DNA from: Gemmatimonadota bacterium
GTDB lineage: Bacteria > Gemmatimonadota > Gemmatimonadetes > Gemmatimonadales > GWC2-71-9
NCBI GenBank assembly: GCA_009692185.1
Contig: SHZT01000001.1
Coordinates: 205,247 to 269,246 of the forward strand
Direction of reading: 5' to 3'
Length of the DNA: 64,000 nt
The position numbers and the translations under genes were made by a program. A model generated the notes under the pieces. It was not told the origin of the DNA, did not search any database, and saw only the letters and a list, made by a program, of their open reading frames with translations. Positions 44,409 through 53,695 of the stretch are shown here, piece after piece. Each line of letters starts with the position of its first letter. The stretch's first letter is position 1.

Positions 44409-46189
44409 CGACCGAGCTTACACCCGACGTTCCCGGGATTATCCCGTACTTCCCCGAGGAGGTGGACGAGTTCGACACGCTCATTGCGCGGGTTCGGGTC
44501 AAAGACCTCGACGACAAGGAGTTCACCGGGCATCGCCTGCTCCGCGGCGTATACGGCCAGCGCCAGCCCGACCGGCAGATGGTCCGTATCAAGATTCCGT
44601 TGGGGCGCCTCGACGCCCGCCAGATGGAAGTGCTCGCGGATGTGATCGAGCAGTTTGCGCCCCTGGGGCACGGCCATTTCACGACGCGCGAGAACATGCA
44701 GCTGCACCACGTTCCGCTCGACGGGACCCCGACCCTGATGCGGATGCTGGGCAAGGTCGGGATCACCACCCGCGAAGCCTGTGGCAACACGGTCCGCAAC
44801 GTGACCGGCTGCGCCCTCGCCGGAGTCTGTCCCGACGAGCAGTTCGACGCCTCGCCCTACGCGGCGGCGTATGCCCGCTACCTCGTCCGGCGGGATTTCG
44901 CCATGAAAATGCCGCGCAAGGTCAAAACGGCCTTCGTCGCCTGCCGGGAAGACCATGCGGTGATACGCATTCACGACATCGGGTTTGTGGGAAGCGTCCG
45001 GCAAATCAGCGGCCAGCCCGTGCGGGGGTTCCGGATCGTGGTCGGCGGCGGCACGTCCATCGAGCCCGTCCTGGCGCCTGAGCTCTACGAGTTCGTCACG
45101 GCGGACGACGGCGCATACCTCAGGGTGTCCGAGGCCGTGCTCCGCGTGTTCAACCGGTCCGACGAACTCCGGAAGAACCGCATGAAGGCGCGGATCAAGA
45201 TCCTCATCAAGCGGATCGGCATTGACGCCTTCCGAGAACTCGTGGAGAAGGAACTCACGGAACCATGGGCGAAACTGCCGATTGACGTGCCGGCCTTGAG
45301 CGCGGGACTCCCGCGCGAGGGGAAGATCCCCGCGGCGGCACCGTTCGAACGGCCGCCTGAGACGAATGCGGCATTCGCCGAGTGGCTCCGGACCAACGCA
45401 GTCCCGCAGAAACAGGCGGGCTACCACGGGGCATTCGTCACCATTCCGACGGGAGACGTGACCCCCGCCCAGTGCCGAGGGCTCGCAGCCATCGCGCGCG
45501 CCCACGGGACCGGGGAGATTCGCGTAACCTACGACCAGAACGTGGTGATTCGCTGGGTGCCGGGAGGCCGACTGCACGGGGTCTGGTCAGACCTGGCCGC
45601 CATCGGGCTTGGCGCGCCCGGAGCCCAGCGGGTGACGGACGTGGTGTCCTGTCCCGGGACCGACTCCTGCAAGCTCGGCATCACGTCATCCATGGGACTC
45701 AACCGGGCCGTGCGGTCCATGCTGGCAAGCCGGCCGGACCTGACCCGCGATCCGCTGATTGACCGGATGCACATCCGGATCAGCGGGTGCCCCAACGGTT
45801 GCGGGCAGCACCATATCGGCGACATCGGGTTTCACGGCGCGGCGGCGAAGGGCGACCAGAAGATGTACGTGCCCGCCTACGAGGCGTTCATCGGCGGGAT
45901 GTACCAGGGGAGCCTGGTGCGCTATGGCATCCGGCCCAAGGGCAAGATCCCGGCGAAGAGCCTGCCGGACGCCATAGCGGAGATGCTGACGTGGTACCGG
46001 GACCAGCGGCATGCCGAGGAGCAGTTCAGCGCATTCGTGGACCGCGTGGGGACGGCGCCCTTCGAGGCTATCGTCTCGAAATTCGGCGATATCCCGACCT
46101 TCGACGCAAAGGCGCCCGCGTTCTACCAGGACTGGGAGCGGACCGCGCTCTACAAGGTGGAGCGGGGTGAAGGAGAGTGTGCGATGTAG
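44405..46189 (+). CDS. sir: Sulfite reductase hemoprotein, ferredoxin-dependent type (NirA/Sir family)
   Basis: ATGA overlap with cysG. Two NIR_SIR repeats. Siroheme/4Fe-4S Cys motifs CPGTDSCKLG and SGCPNGCGQHH. Confidence 0.9.
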   Translation: MTTELTPDVPGIIPYFPEEVDEFDTLIARVRVKDLDDKEFTGHRLLRGVYGQRQPDRQMVRIKIPLGRLDARQMEVLADVIEQFAPLGHGHFTTRENMQLHHVPLDGTPTLMRMLGKVGITTREACGNTVRNVTGCALAGVCPDEQFDASPYAAAYARYLVRRDFAMKMPRKVKTAFVACREDHAVIRIHDIGFVGSVRQISGQPVRGFRIVVGGGTSIEPVLAPELYEFVTADDGAYLRVSEAVLRVFNRSDELRKNRMKARIKILIKRIGIDAFRELVEKELTEPWAKLPIDVPALSAGLPREGKIPAAAPFERPPETNAAFAEWLRTNAVPQKQAGYHGAFVTIPTGDVTPAQCRGLAAIARAHGTGEIRVTYDQNVVIRWVPGGRLHGVWSDLAAIGLGAPGAQRVTDVVSCPGTDSCKLGITSSMGLNRAVRSMLASRPDLTRDPLIDRMHIRISGCPNGCGQHHIGDIGFHGAAAKGDQKMYVPAYEAFIGGMYQGSLVRYGIRPKGKIPAKSLPDAIAEMLTWYRDQRHAEEQFSAFVDRVGTAPFEAIVSKFGDIPTFDAKAPAFYQDWERTALYKVERGEGECAM

Positions 46190-46224
46190 GTTTAGGCCGC
46201 GCCTGAACTGGAGTTGCGGAAAGC

Positions 46225-48735
46225 ATGAGCGGCCGGTCTCAACCAACACCTGACATACACAAGTTCGGCGGCGCTTCGCTCGCCGATGCCGCCGCCATTG
46301 GCGGAGCGCTCCGGCTGGTGCGCGAAATGCGCGGCACGCCGGTCATCGTGGTATCCGCCCTCGCGGGCGTCACCGACGGGCTCCTCGGCGCCATCTCCGC
46401 GGCGACACTCGGTGACGGGCCCTCCACGCGGACATTGGCCAACACGCTTCGCGCACGATACCGCCGGGCGGCGACCGCGTTGCTGCGGAAGGAGCGGCGT
46501 GAGGTGCTCGAATCCGTACGCGAGTCTTTCGATGAACTCGATCGCCTGCTCGTCTCCATCGGCTCGCTCAAGGAAGCGAACGCCCGCACGCAGGACTACG
46601 TCCTCGCCCGCGGCGAACGGCTGGCGGCCACGCTGTTCGCCGCGGGCCTGCGGCAGGCCGGGCGCCAGGCGCGCTATATAGACGCGCTCGACGTGATCCG
46701 GACGAACGGACCGTTCGGCAACGCCACGCCCAACCTCAAGGCGACGGACCGGAGCGCCCGCAAGGCGCTCCTCCCGCTCCTCCGGCGCGGCATTATCCCC
46801 GTGGTTCCCGGATTCCTCGGCGCGGGTCCTGATGGCGAACTCACGACGCTCGGCCGGGGCGGCGCGGACCTCACGGCCACGCTCCTGGCCCGCTCCCTCG
46901 GGTCGCCCGAAGTCACGCTGTGGAAGGACGTGGCCGGAATCCTCACGGCTGACCCGCGCACCGTTCCCGGCGCGCGCGTCATCCCGCAATTGCACCTTCG
47001 CGAGGCGGCGGAGCTCGCGTACTACGGGGCCCGGGTGCTGCACCCGCGCGCCCTGATTCCGCTCACCGGGAAACGGACGGCGATCCGTGTTCGCCCGTTT
47101 GCCCAGCCCGCCGCGCTGGGCACCGAGGTCTCCCGGCGGCAAGGCCTGGCGGGCTTTCCTGTCAAGGCACTGTCCGCGATCTCCGGGCAGGCGCTGGTCA
47201 CCGTGGCCGGGAACGGCATGCTGGGTGTGCCCGGCATCGCCGCGCGAACGTTCGAGGCGGTACACCGCGAGGGGATCTCGGTCACGTTCATCACGCAGGC
47301 GTCGTCCGAGCACTCCATTTCGTTCGCGATCCCCGAGGCGAGCGCCCATGCCGCACGCGCCAGCCTCGCGCGCGAGTTCCGGCGGGAAATCGCCCGCCGG
47401 GAGATTGACGGCGTCGAGATCCGGGGCGACGTCGGGATCCTCGCGGTCGTGGGGATGGGCATCGCCGGCAAGCCGGGGATCACCGCCCGCGTGTTCGCGG
47501 CGCTGGCCGAGGCCGGCATCAATGTCCTCGCCACGGCGCACGGCTCATCGGATCTCAACCTGTCGGTCGTGCTCGACGCCGCAGATGCGCCCAGGGCCCA
47601 GCGGCTGGTGCACGCGGCATTCCAGCTGGACAAGCTCGGTGGCGGGGCCCTCTCCCGCCGCCGGGGCCTCGACGTTGTGCTCCTGGGATTCGGCCAGGTA
47701 GGCCGGGCGCTGGCGCCCCTCATCGCCGCGCAATCGCGGACGCCCGTGAGCGCCCGCGTCGTGGGCGTGATTGACCGGAGTGGCTTCGTGTTCGACCCGG
47801 CGGGGTTCTCCCTCGCACGACTGCGGACGCTGGCCGGGGCCAAGGGAGGAGGCGCGTCGCTGGTGCGGGTCGCGGGCGGGCACGCCGGCAGTGCCACCGA
47901 CGCGATCCAGTTCCTCTCGACGCACGCGCTTCGCGAGCCGGTTCTCGTGGACGTCACCGCGGGCGAAACCGGAACGGTGCTCGAGGCCGCCCTGCGGGCC
48001 GGGTTCGACCTGGTGCTCGCCAACAAGCGCCCGCTCGCCGGGTCTCAGCGCGCCTTCGACCGGCTCCGCGCCACCGCCGTCGAACACGGCCGGCGCCTGC
48101 TACACGAAGCGACCGTGGGCGCTGGCCTGCCCATCATCGACACGTTCCGGAAACTCGTCGAGGCGGGCGACCGCGTCTTGCGGATCGAGGCGTGCCCCTC
48201 GGGGACGCTCGGCTTCCTGTTTGGCGAATTGGGCCGCGGCCGTCCTTTCTCGGCTGCGCTGCGGGACGCGATGGACAAGGGCTACACCGAGCCCGACCCA
48301 CGGGACGACCTGTCGGGGCTCGACGTCGCGCGGAAGGCGCTGATCCTCGGCCGCCTGCTTGGCTTCCGCGGGGAACTCAAGGGCGTGGCCGTGGAATCGC
48401 TGGTCACTCCCGCGACCCGGCGCCTCACGACGGCCGAGTTCCTGCGACACCTCGAGCGTGATGACGCCCTGTGGGCGCGCCGCATTGCCGCCGCGGCCGC
48501 CCGCGGGCGGGTGCTTCGCTACCGGGCAGTTGCCACCTCGCGGCGGGTCCAGGTGGGGTTGAGGCTGGTGGATCCGTCGAGTCCCACGGCGTCACTCAAC
48601 GGCACGGACAACCAGTTCGTGTTCACCACGCTCCGCTATCGCGACAATCCGCTGGTGATCACCGGCCCGGGCGCCGGCCCGGCCGTCACCGCGGGCGGCG
48701 TCCTGAACGACATCCTCAGGCTGGGCGGCGCGTGA
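46225..48735 (+). CDS. thrA: Bifunctional aspartokinase / homoserine dehydrogenase
   Basis: KFGGASL and VVSALAGVTD kinase motifs, an ACT region, then a C-terminal homoserine dehydrogenase (VVLLGFGQVGRAL, EATVGAGLPII). Confidence 0.9.
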   Translation: MSGRSQPTPDIHKFGGASLADAAAIGGALRLVREMRGTPVIVVSALAGVTDGLLGAISAATLGDGPSTRTLANTLRARYRRAATALLRKERREVLESVRESFDELDRLLVSIGSLKEANARTQDYVLARGERLAATLFAAGLRQAGRQARYIDALDVIRTNGPFGNATPNLKATDRSARKALLPLLRRGIIPVVPGFLGAGPDGELTTLGRGGADLTATLLARSLGSPEVTLWKDVAGILTADPRTVPGARVIPQLHLREAAELAYYGARVLHPRALIPLTGKRTAIRVRPFAQPAALGTEVSRRQGLAGFPVKALSAISGQALVTVAGNGMLGVPGIAARTFEAVHREGISVTFITQASSEHSISFAIPEASAHAARASLAREFRREIARREIDGVEIRGDVGILAVVGMGIAGKPGITARVFAALAEAGINVLATAHGSSDLNLSVVLDAADAPRAQRLVHAAFQLDKLGGGALSRRRGLDVVLLGFGQVGRALAPLIAAQSRTPVSARVVGVIDRSGFVFDPAGFSLARLRTLAGAKGGGASLVRVAGGHAGSATDAIQFLSTHALREPVLVDVTAGETGTVLEAALRAGFDLVLANKRPLAGSQRAFDRLRATAVEHGRRLLHEATVGAGLPIIDTFRKLVEAGDRVLRIEACPSGTLGFLFGELGRGRPFSAALRDAMDKGYTEPDPRDDLSGLDVARKALILGRLLGFRGELKGVAVESLVTPATRRLTTAEFLRHLERDDALWARRIAAAAARGRVLRYRAVATSRRVQVGLRLVDPSSPTASLNGTDNQFVFTTLRYRDNPLVITGPGAGPAVTAGGVLNDILRLGGA

Positions 48736-50000
48736 TCCAGCGCTGCGCCGCGTGTGGGGCGGAATACGCCGAGTCAGACCCCCGGGCCGAGTGCCCGTGT
48801 GGCGGCCTGCTGGACATCGAGCACCCGGCGCCGTCTTTGACCGGCGGCGAGTTGCGGGCCTTGTTCGACAGCCGGCTCGGCGAGCCGACGGGCGCACTGG
48901 CCTCGGGTGTGTGGCGATTCCGGGAGATCGTCCACCCGGCCGCCGGCAACGACGTCGTGACCTGGCCCGAAGGCAATACTCCCCTCCTGTCCCGCGAGGT
49001 GGTGTCGCGCTGGGCCGCCTGCCCCGGGCTCCTCCTGAAACACGAAGGCCAGAACCCCACCGGCTCGTTCAAGGATCGGGGAATGACCGTGGCGGTGACC
49101 CAGGCCCGGCGCCTTGGCGCCAGCGCGGTAGCCTGCGCGACCACGGGAAACACCGGGGCCTCACTCGCCGCCTACGCGGCCATCGCCGGCATCGCAGGGC
49201 TCGTGCTCGTGCCGCGCGGGGGCGTGGCAGCCGGAAAACTGGCGCAGGTCATGGCCTACGGCGCGCGGACGCTGGTCGTTCGGGGAGATTTCGACGCGTG
49301 CCTGCGGCTGGCGCGCGAGGTAGCGGAGGAGCTGGGCGTCTACCTCCTCAACTCGATCAACCCGTTCCGGGTCGAGGGGCAGAAGACCATCGTGCTGGAA
49401 CTGCTCCAGCAGCTTCGGTGGGACCCACCCGCGTGGATCGTCGTGCCGGCCGGCAACCTCGGCAACACGGCCGCGTTCGGGAAGGCATTGCGCGAGGCCC
49501 GGGCGTTCGGGCTTGTCTCACGCGTGCCCCGACTCGCCGCGGTGCAGGCCGAGGGAGCGGCGCCCTTCGCGCAGAGTTTCCGGGACGGCTTCAGGACGAG
49601 GCACCCGGTGACCGCTGAAACCGTGGCGAGCGCCATCCGGATCGGCGACCCCGCCTCGTTCGATCGCGGGGTCCGCGCCATTCGCGAGACGAACGGCGTG
49701 GTGACGACGGTGAGCGACGCGGAGATCATGGAAGCGAAAGCGGTGATAGACGCCGCGGGCGTGGGCTGCGAGCCGGCCAGCGCCGCCAGTGTGGCCGGCG
49801 TGCGGCGACTCGTGCGAGAAGGCGTCATCTGGGCGGACGAACAGGTGGCGGCCGTGCTCACCGGGCACCTGCTCAAAGACCCCGGCATCGTCACGTGGTA
49901 TCACGTGGACGCCCAACCCCGGCCGCCGTTGGCCAACCCGCCGATCGAGATCGAGGCCCGCGTGTCCGAGGTGTCCCGGTTGCTGAAAAAAGAACGTTAG
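48732..50000 (+). CDS. thrC: Threonine synthase
   Basis: GTGA overlap with thrA. N-terminal Cys-x2-C zinc-ribbon-like segment, PLP-Lys context NPTGSFKDRG, and TGNTGASLAAYA. Confidence 0.9.
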   Translation: MIQRCAACGAEYAESDPRAECPCGGLLDIEHPAPSLTGGELRALFDSRLGEPTGALASGVWRFREIVHPAAGNDVVTWPEGNTPLLSREVVSRWAACPGLLLKHEGQNPTGSFKDRGMTVAVTQARRLGASAVACATTGNTGASLAAYAAIAGIAGLVLVPRGGVAAGKLAQVMAYGARTLVVRGDFDACLRLAREVAEELGVYLLNSINPFRVEGQKTIVLELLQQLRWDPPAWIVVPAGNLGNTAAFGKALREARAFGLVSRVPRLAAVQAEGAAPFAQSFRDGFRTRHPVTAETVASAIRIGDPASFDRGVRAIRETNGVVTTVSDAEIMEAKAVIDAAGVGCEPASAASVAGVRRLVREGVIWADEQVAAVLTGHLLKDPGIVTWYHVDAQPRPPLANPPIEIEARVSEVSRLLKKER

Positions 50001-51247
50001 TGCTGCAACTCCGCCGCGCGGGCCGCCAGCCTGGGACTCACCATCGGGAACGCCCGTGCGAACGCGCCATAGGCCAGCAGGTATAGCCCCAGGAAGCCGA
50101 GCATCACGCCGATTTCAGTCAGCCCGAACTCGGGCCCGTTCTCCGTGATCGACGGCTGGACCAGCAGGTAGCGCTCGAGCCACATGCCGGCGAGCGAGAC
50201 CAGGCTGAACAGCGTGAACGTGAACGGCGTCGTCTTCGACTTCACCCAGATCAATCCCCAGAACGGCACCAGGAACACGAGGATCGCCACCAGGATGGAC
50301 ACCGGCCGCCACGCTCCCCACAACCGGTAGAACACGAACGCCGTTTCCTCCGGCAGGTTGCCGTACCAGATGACCAGCACCTGGCTGAACATCGTGTACG
50401 CCCAGAACACCGAGAAGCCGAACACCAGCTTGCCCAGGTCATGGAATTGCTGGCGGCCGATGATCGACTCGAGCCCCAGCTGGCGGCGCCAGTAGACCAT
50501 GTTCAGGGCGAGCGTGGTGAGCCCCGACAAGTGGGCGCCCATGAAGAAGAAGGCGCCGAGCAGGGTGCTGACCCAGTACGGCGCGAGCGACATGATGAGA
50601 TCGAACGCGATCATCGTCATCCCGTACGCGTAGAGCACGATGAGCAGGGGCGAAAGCCAGCCGATCCGGCGGTCGTTCTCGGCCACCTGTTCCGGCGTGC
50701 CGGTGAACCCATTCGTGATGCGGTCGTAGAGCTTGCCGCGCCAGTCTTTCACCAGCGACCGGGCGCCGGCCAGGTCCGGTTTCAGGTCGTACCACACGAA
50801 CGCGATCGACACGCCGGAAAGCACCAGCAGGGTGAACAGGTCCCGCGCGAACACCCACCGCGTCGTGAGCCAGTTGCCCCGCACCGGCGTGGGATGGGCT
50901 ATCCACGGGAAGAGGTGCTCGCGACCGAAAAAGAGAATCACAAAAAGGACGAGCAACACGGGCATGAACGCGACGCCTGCCTCGGAGAACCGGATGATCG
51001 CGCCGCCCCACTTTGCCTTGGTGACCTTCTGGATGGCGGCGAAGACGATCCCGCCTTGCGTGAGCCCGAGGAAGAACAGGAAGTTGATGAGGTACGCGTG
51101 CCACGCGCGGGCGGGTTCGGAGCCTGAGAACCCGACGATGAACGTGACCAGCCCAACGCCCGCCAGCACCGAGCCCGCGACGACGTGACCGCGCAGGGGT
51201 GCGTGGAGCCCCCGCTCGCGGAGGTCCACGTGGGCTCCTCCGCTCAC
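49997..51247 (-). CDS. actF: Alternative Complex III subunit ActF (NrfD-like membrane subunit 2)
   Basis: 10-TM NrfD-like protein at the end of the act operon. Confidence 0.8.
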   Translation of the reverse strand: MSGGAHVDLRERGLHAPLRGHVVAGSVLAGVGLVTFIVGFSGSEPARAWHAYLINFLFFLGLTQGGIVFAAIQKVTKAKWGGAIIRFSEAGVAFMPVLLVLFVILFFGREHLFPWIAHPTPVRGNWLTTRWVFARDLFTLLVLSGVSIAFVWYDLKPDLAGARSLVKDWRGKLYDRITNGFTGTPEQVAENDRRIGWLSPLLIVLYAYGMTMIAFDLIMSLAPYWVSTLLGAFFFMGAHLSGLTTLALNMVYWRRQLGLESIIGRQQFHDLGKLVFGFSVFWAYTMFSQVLVIWYGNLPEETAFVFYRLWGAWRPVSILVAILVFLVPFWGLIWVKSKTTPFTFTLFSLVSLAGMWLERYLLVQPSITENGPEFGLTEIGVMLGFLGLYLLAYGAFARAFPMVSPRLAARAAELQH

Positions 51248-51867
51248 TGCGCCGCCTGGAGGGAGCGGATGTAGTTCACCAGGTGCCAGCGATCAGCCCC
51301 GCGCACCTTGTCTCCGTACATCGGCATGATGCCTCGGCCATAGCGGATCAGCGCGTAGAAGTAGCCGTCGGTGTACCCCTTGGCCTGAGCCGCGGTGAGC
51401 GAGGGCGGCTGGATGAACTTCTCCGTCACCGGCCCGTCGCCTTGCCCCGTCGGGCCGTGGCAGGGATAGCAGTAGATGCCGAAGACTTCCTTGCCCCGGT
51501 CCAACGACTCCGACGTCCGCGGAACGGGGTTCCGCGTCCGGTTGATGGCCGGCAGGTCGGCATCGTTGTCCACGTGAAATTCACGCTCGACCCCGGTGAT
51601 CGGCACCGTGCCCGGTACCGGCGGCCGCGAATGGTCGTAGGGCTGGAGCGCCGGCCCGCGATGCATAGTGGCGAACCACGGAATCAGCTTCACGGCGTCG
51701 TCCGGCGAGGGGAAGCGGTGCCAGGCTTCGCGCGAACAGGAAATCGTGGCAAGGGAGAGCGCCATGAGAACGAGGGGAAAAGGGAAAAGGGAAAAGGGAA
51801 AAGCAAGGCCGTGGGGAGTGAGCCCCACTTTTCCCTTTTCCCTTTTCCCCATTCCCTGGCTACTCAA
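51244..51867 (-). CDS. actE: Alternative Complex III mono-haem cytochrome c subunit ActE
   Basis: One CYPCH haem motif plus a distal Met (MPMYG). The alternative start at 51765 (MALSLATISC) would exclude the hairpin-encoded N-terminus. Confidence 0.8.
   Translation of the reverse strand: MSSQGMGKREKGKVGLTPHGLAFPFSLFPFPLVLMALSLATISCSREAWHRFPSPDDAVKLIPWFATMHRGPALQPYDHSRPPVPGTVPITGVEREFHVDNDADLPAINRTRNPVPRTSESLDRGKEVFGIYCYPCHGPTGQGDGPVTEKFIQPPSLTAAQAKGYTDGYFYALIRYGRGIMPMYGDKVRGADRWHLVNYIRSLQAAQ
51774..51850. repeat. Palindrome with heptamer-repeat arms: (GGGAAAA)x4 ... (TTTTCCC)x3
   Basis: The arms flank a GTGGGG-n6-CCCCAC inner hairpin. It lies between the actD stop (51860) and the internal ATG of actE (51765). 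Confidence 0.85.
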
Positions 51868-52363
51868 CTCGCACCTCTACCGCCCCGGCCGTCTTGAGCG
51901 CCTGCTCGACCGACGGACGCCTCTCGACCGGGCACGGCACGAAGATCCCGATGTGATCGTCACTGCACCGCGGGTCGTACGGCGTCTGTTTCGCCTCGCG
52001 CCACGTGTGAAAGAGCAGGCCCATGATCGTCGCCAATCCGCCGAAGAGGATCGTCATCTCGAACGCGATGACGATGTAGGGCGGAACGGAGCCCAGGGGC
52101 TTGCCGCCCACGACCACCGGGTAGTCGTATGACATCCAGAAGGTGATCGCGAAGCCGCTGAAGCAGCCGAACAAGCCGCCGAGCAAGGTCCAGAGCCGCA
52201 CCGGGCTCGTCGGGTGCCCGATGGCCGCGGCGATCTCGTGGTTCGGCACGGGCGTGTAGACCGTGAATCCCTTGTAGCCCGCTTCCTTGAGCTGGCGAAT
52301 AGCGTGGCTGGCCGAGTCCACGTGCTTGTACACGGCGAGGATCCCGCTCGGCGTGACGCTCAT
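51860..52363 (-). CDS. actD: Alternative Complex III subunit ActD (DUF3341)
   Basis: ATGA overlap with actC. GILAVYKHVDSASHAIRQLKEAGY N-terminus and two TM segments. Confidence 0.8.
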   Translation of the reverse strand: MSVTPSGILAVYKHVDSASHAIRQLKEAGYKGFTVYTPVPNHEIAAAIGHPTSPVRLWTLLGGLFGCFSGFAITFWMSYDYPVVVGGKPLGSVPPYIVIAFEMTILFGGLATIMGLLFHTWREAKQTPYDPRCSDDHIGIFVPCPVERRPSVEQALKTAGAVEVRVE

Positions 52364-53691
52364 TTGTGCGCCGTCGTCTTCCGCTGCATCGGGATGATCT
52401 CCTTCACCTCGGTCAGCGACACGGTGGGGAAGTTGCGCGCGAACAGCAGGAACCAGGTGAAGAACCAGGCAAAGCTCCCCGCCGTGATCGTCCAGTCCAC
52501 CCAGGTCGGCGTGTAGTGGTCCATCGCGAACGGCTCGTACTCGTGCGAGAGCGAGATCACGATGATCACGTAGCGCTCGAACCACATGCCCAGGTTGATG
52601 AACAGCGAGAGCACGAACATCATGGGGATGCTGCGGCGGATCTTGGGGAACCAGAGCAGCTGCGACAGGAACGCATTGCAGATGATCATAGTCCAGGTGG
52701 CCCACCAGTAATCCCCGAACGCGCGGAAGTAGAACGACTCCCGCTCGTATGGGCTCCCGCTGTACCAGGCGATGAAGTACTCGACCAGGTACGCATACCC
52801 CACGATCGACCCGGTGAGCAGCAGCAGCTTGCCCAGGTTGTCGAAATGTTCCTCGTGCACATAGCGCTCGAGCCCGAGCGTCGTGCGCAGCGGCACCAGG
52901 AGGGTGACCACCATCGCGAGCCCCGAGTAGATCGCGCCGGCCACGAAGTAGGGTGCGAAGATGGTCGTGTGCCACCCGGGCACGATGGACACGGCGAAAT
53001 CCCACGACACGACGCTGTGCACCGAGAGCACCAGCGGCGTCGCCAGGGCGGCCAGGAACAAGTAGGCCTTGGTGTAGTGCCGCCACTGCGAGTCGGTACC
53101 TCGCCAATTGAGCGCGAACAACTTGTAGATCTTCCCCCGGAAGCCCGTCACCTTGTCGCGCACGGCGGCAACGTCCGGCACGAGGCCCACGATCAGGAAC
53201 ACAGTGCTCACCGTGAAGTACGTGCTGATGGCGAACACGTCCCACAGGAGCGGCGACTTGAAGTTGGGCCAGAGCTGGCGCTGGTTGGGATAGGGGAACA
53301 ACCAGTAGGCGTACCACAGCCGCCCCAGGTGGATCACCGGGAAGAGGCCCGCCGTCATGACGGCGAACACGGTCATGGCCTCGGCCGTGCGGTACACCGC
53401 CGTTCGCCACGCGGAACGGAACAGGTAGAGAATGGCCGAGATGAGTGTCCCGCAGTGGGCGATACCGACCCAGAACACAAAGTCGGTGATGTACACCGCC
53501 CACATGACCGGGGGCTGGTAACCGGCCATGCCCAGCCCGTAGCGAATCTGGTAGAGGAATGCCACGCCGCCGGCCGCGAGCACGAACAGGACGAAGCCCA
53601 GCAGGATGTAATAGCCCCGCCCCGGCCGGCCCATGGAGGCGACGACGTCGCGGGTGACTTCCGAATAGGTCGGCTGGGTCGCCGTCGTCAC
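52360..53691 (-). CDS. actC: Alternative Complex III quinol-binding subunit ActC (NrfD/PsrC family)
   Basis: 443 aa, 10 TM, NrfD-like. Confidence 0.9.
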   Translation of the reverse strand: MTTATQPTYSEVTRDVVASMGRPGRGYYILLGFVLFVLAAGGVAFLYQIRYGLGMAGYQPPVMWAVYITDFVFWVGIAHCGTLISAILYLFRSAWRTAVYRTAEAMTVFAVMTAGLFPVIHLGRLWYAYWLFPYPNQRQLWPNFKSPLLWDVFAISTYFTVSTVFLIVGLVPDVAAVRDKVTGFRGKIYKLFALNWRGTDSQWRHYTKAYLFLAALATPLVLSVHSVVSWDFAVSIVPGWHTTIFAPYFVAGAIYSGLAMVVTLLVPLRTTLGLERYVHEEHFDNLGKLLLLTGSIVGYAYLVEYFIAWYSGSPYERESFYFRAFGDYWWATWTMIICNAFLSQLLWFPKIRRSIPMMFVLSLFINLGMWFERYVIIVISLSHEYEPFAMDHYTPTWVDWTITAGSFAWFFTWFLLFARNFPTVSLTEVKEIIPMQRKTTAHK

Positions 53692-53695
53692 CAGA

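Noticed and set aside
51860-53503. 547-aa ORF overlapping actC
   Set aside because: Only its last 167 codons (ActD, from ATG 52363) look like protein. The rest is an alternate frame of actC.
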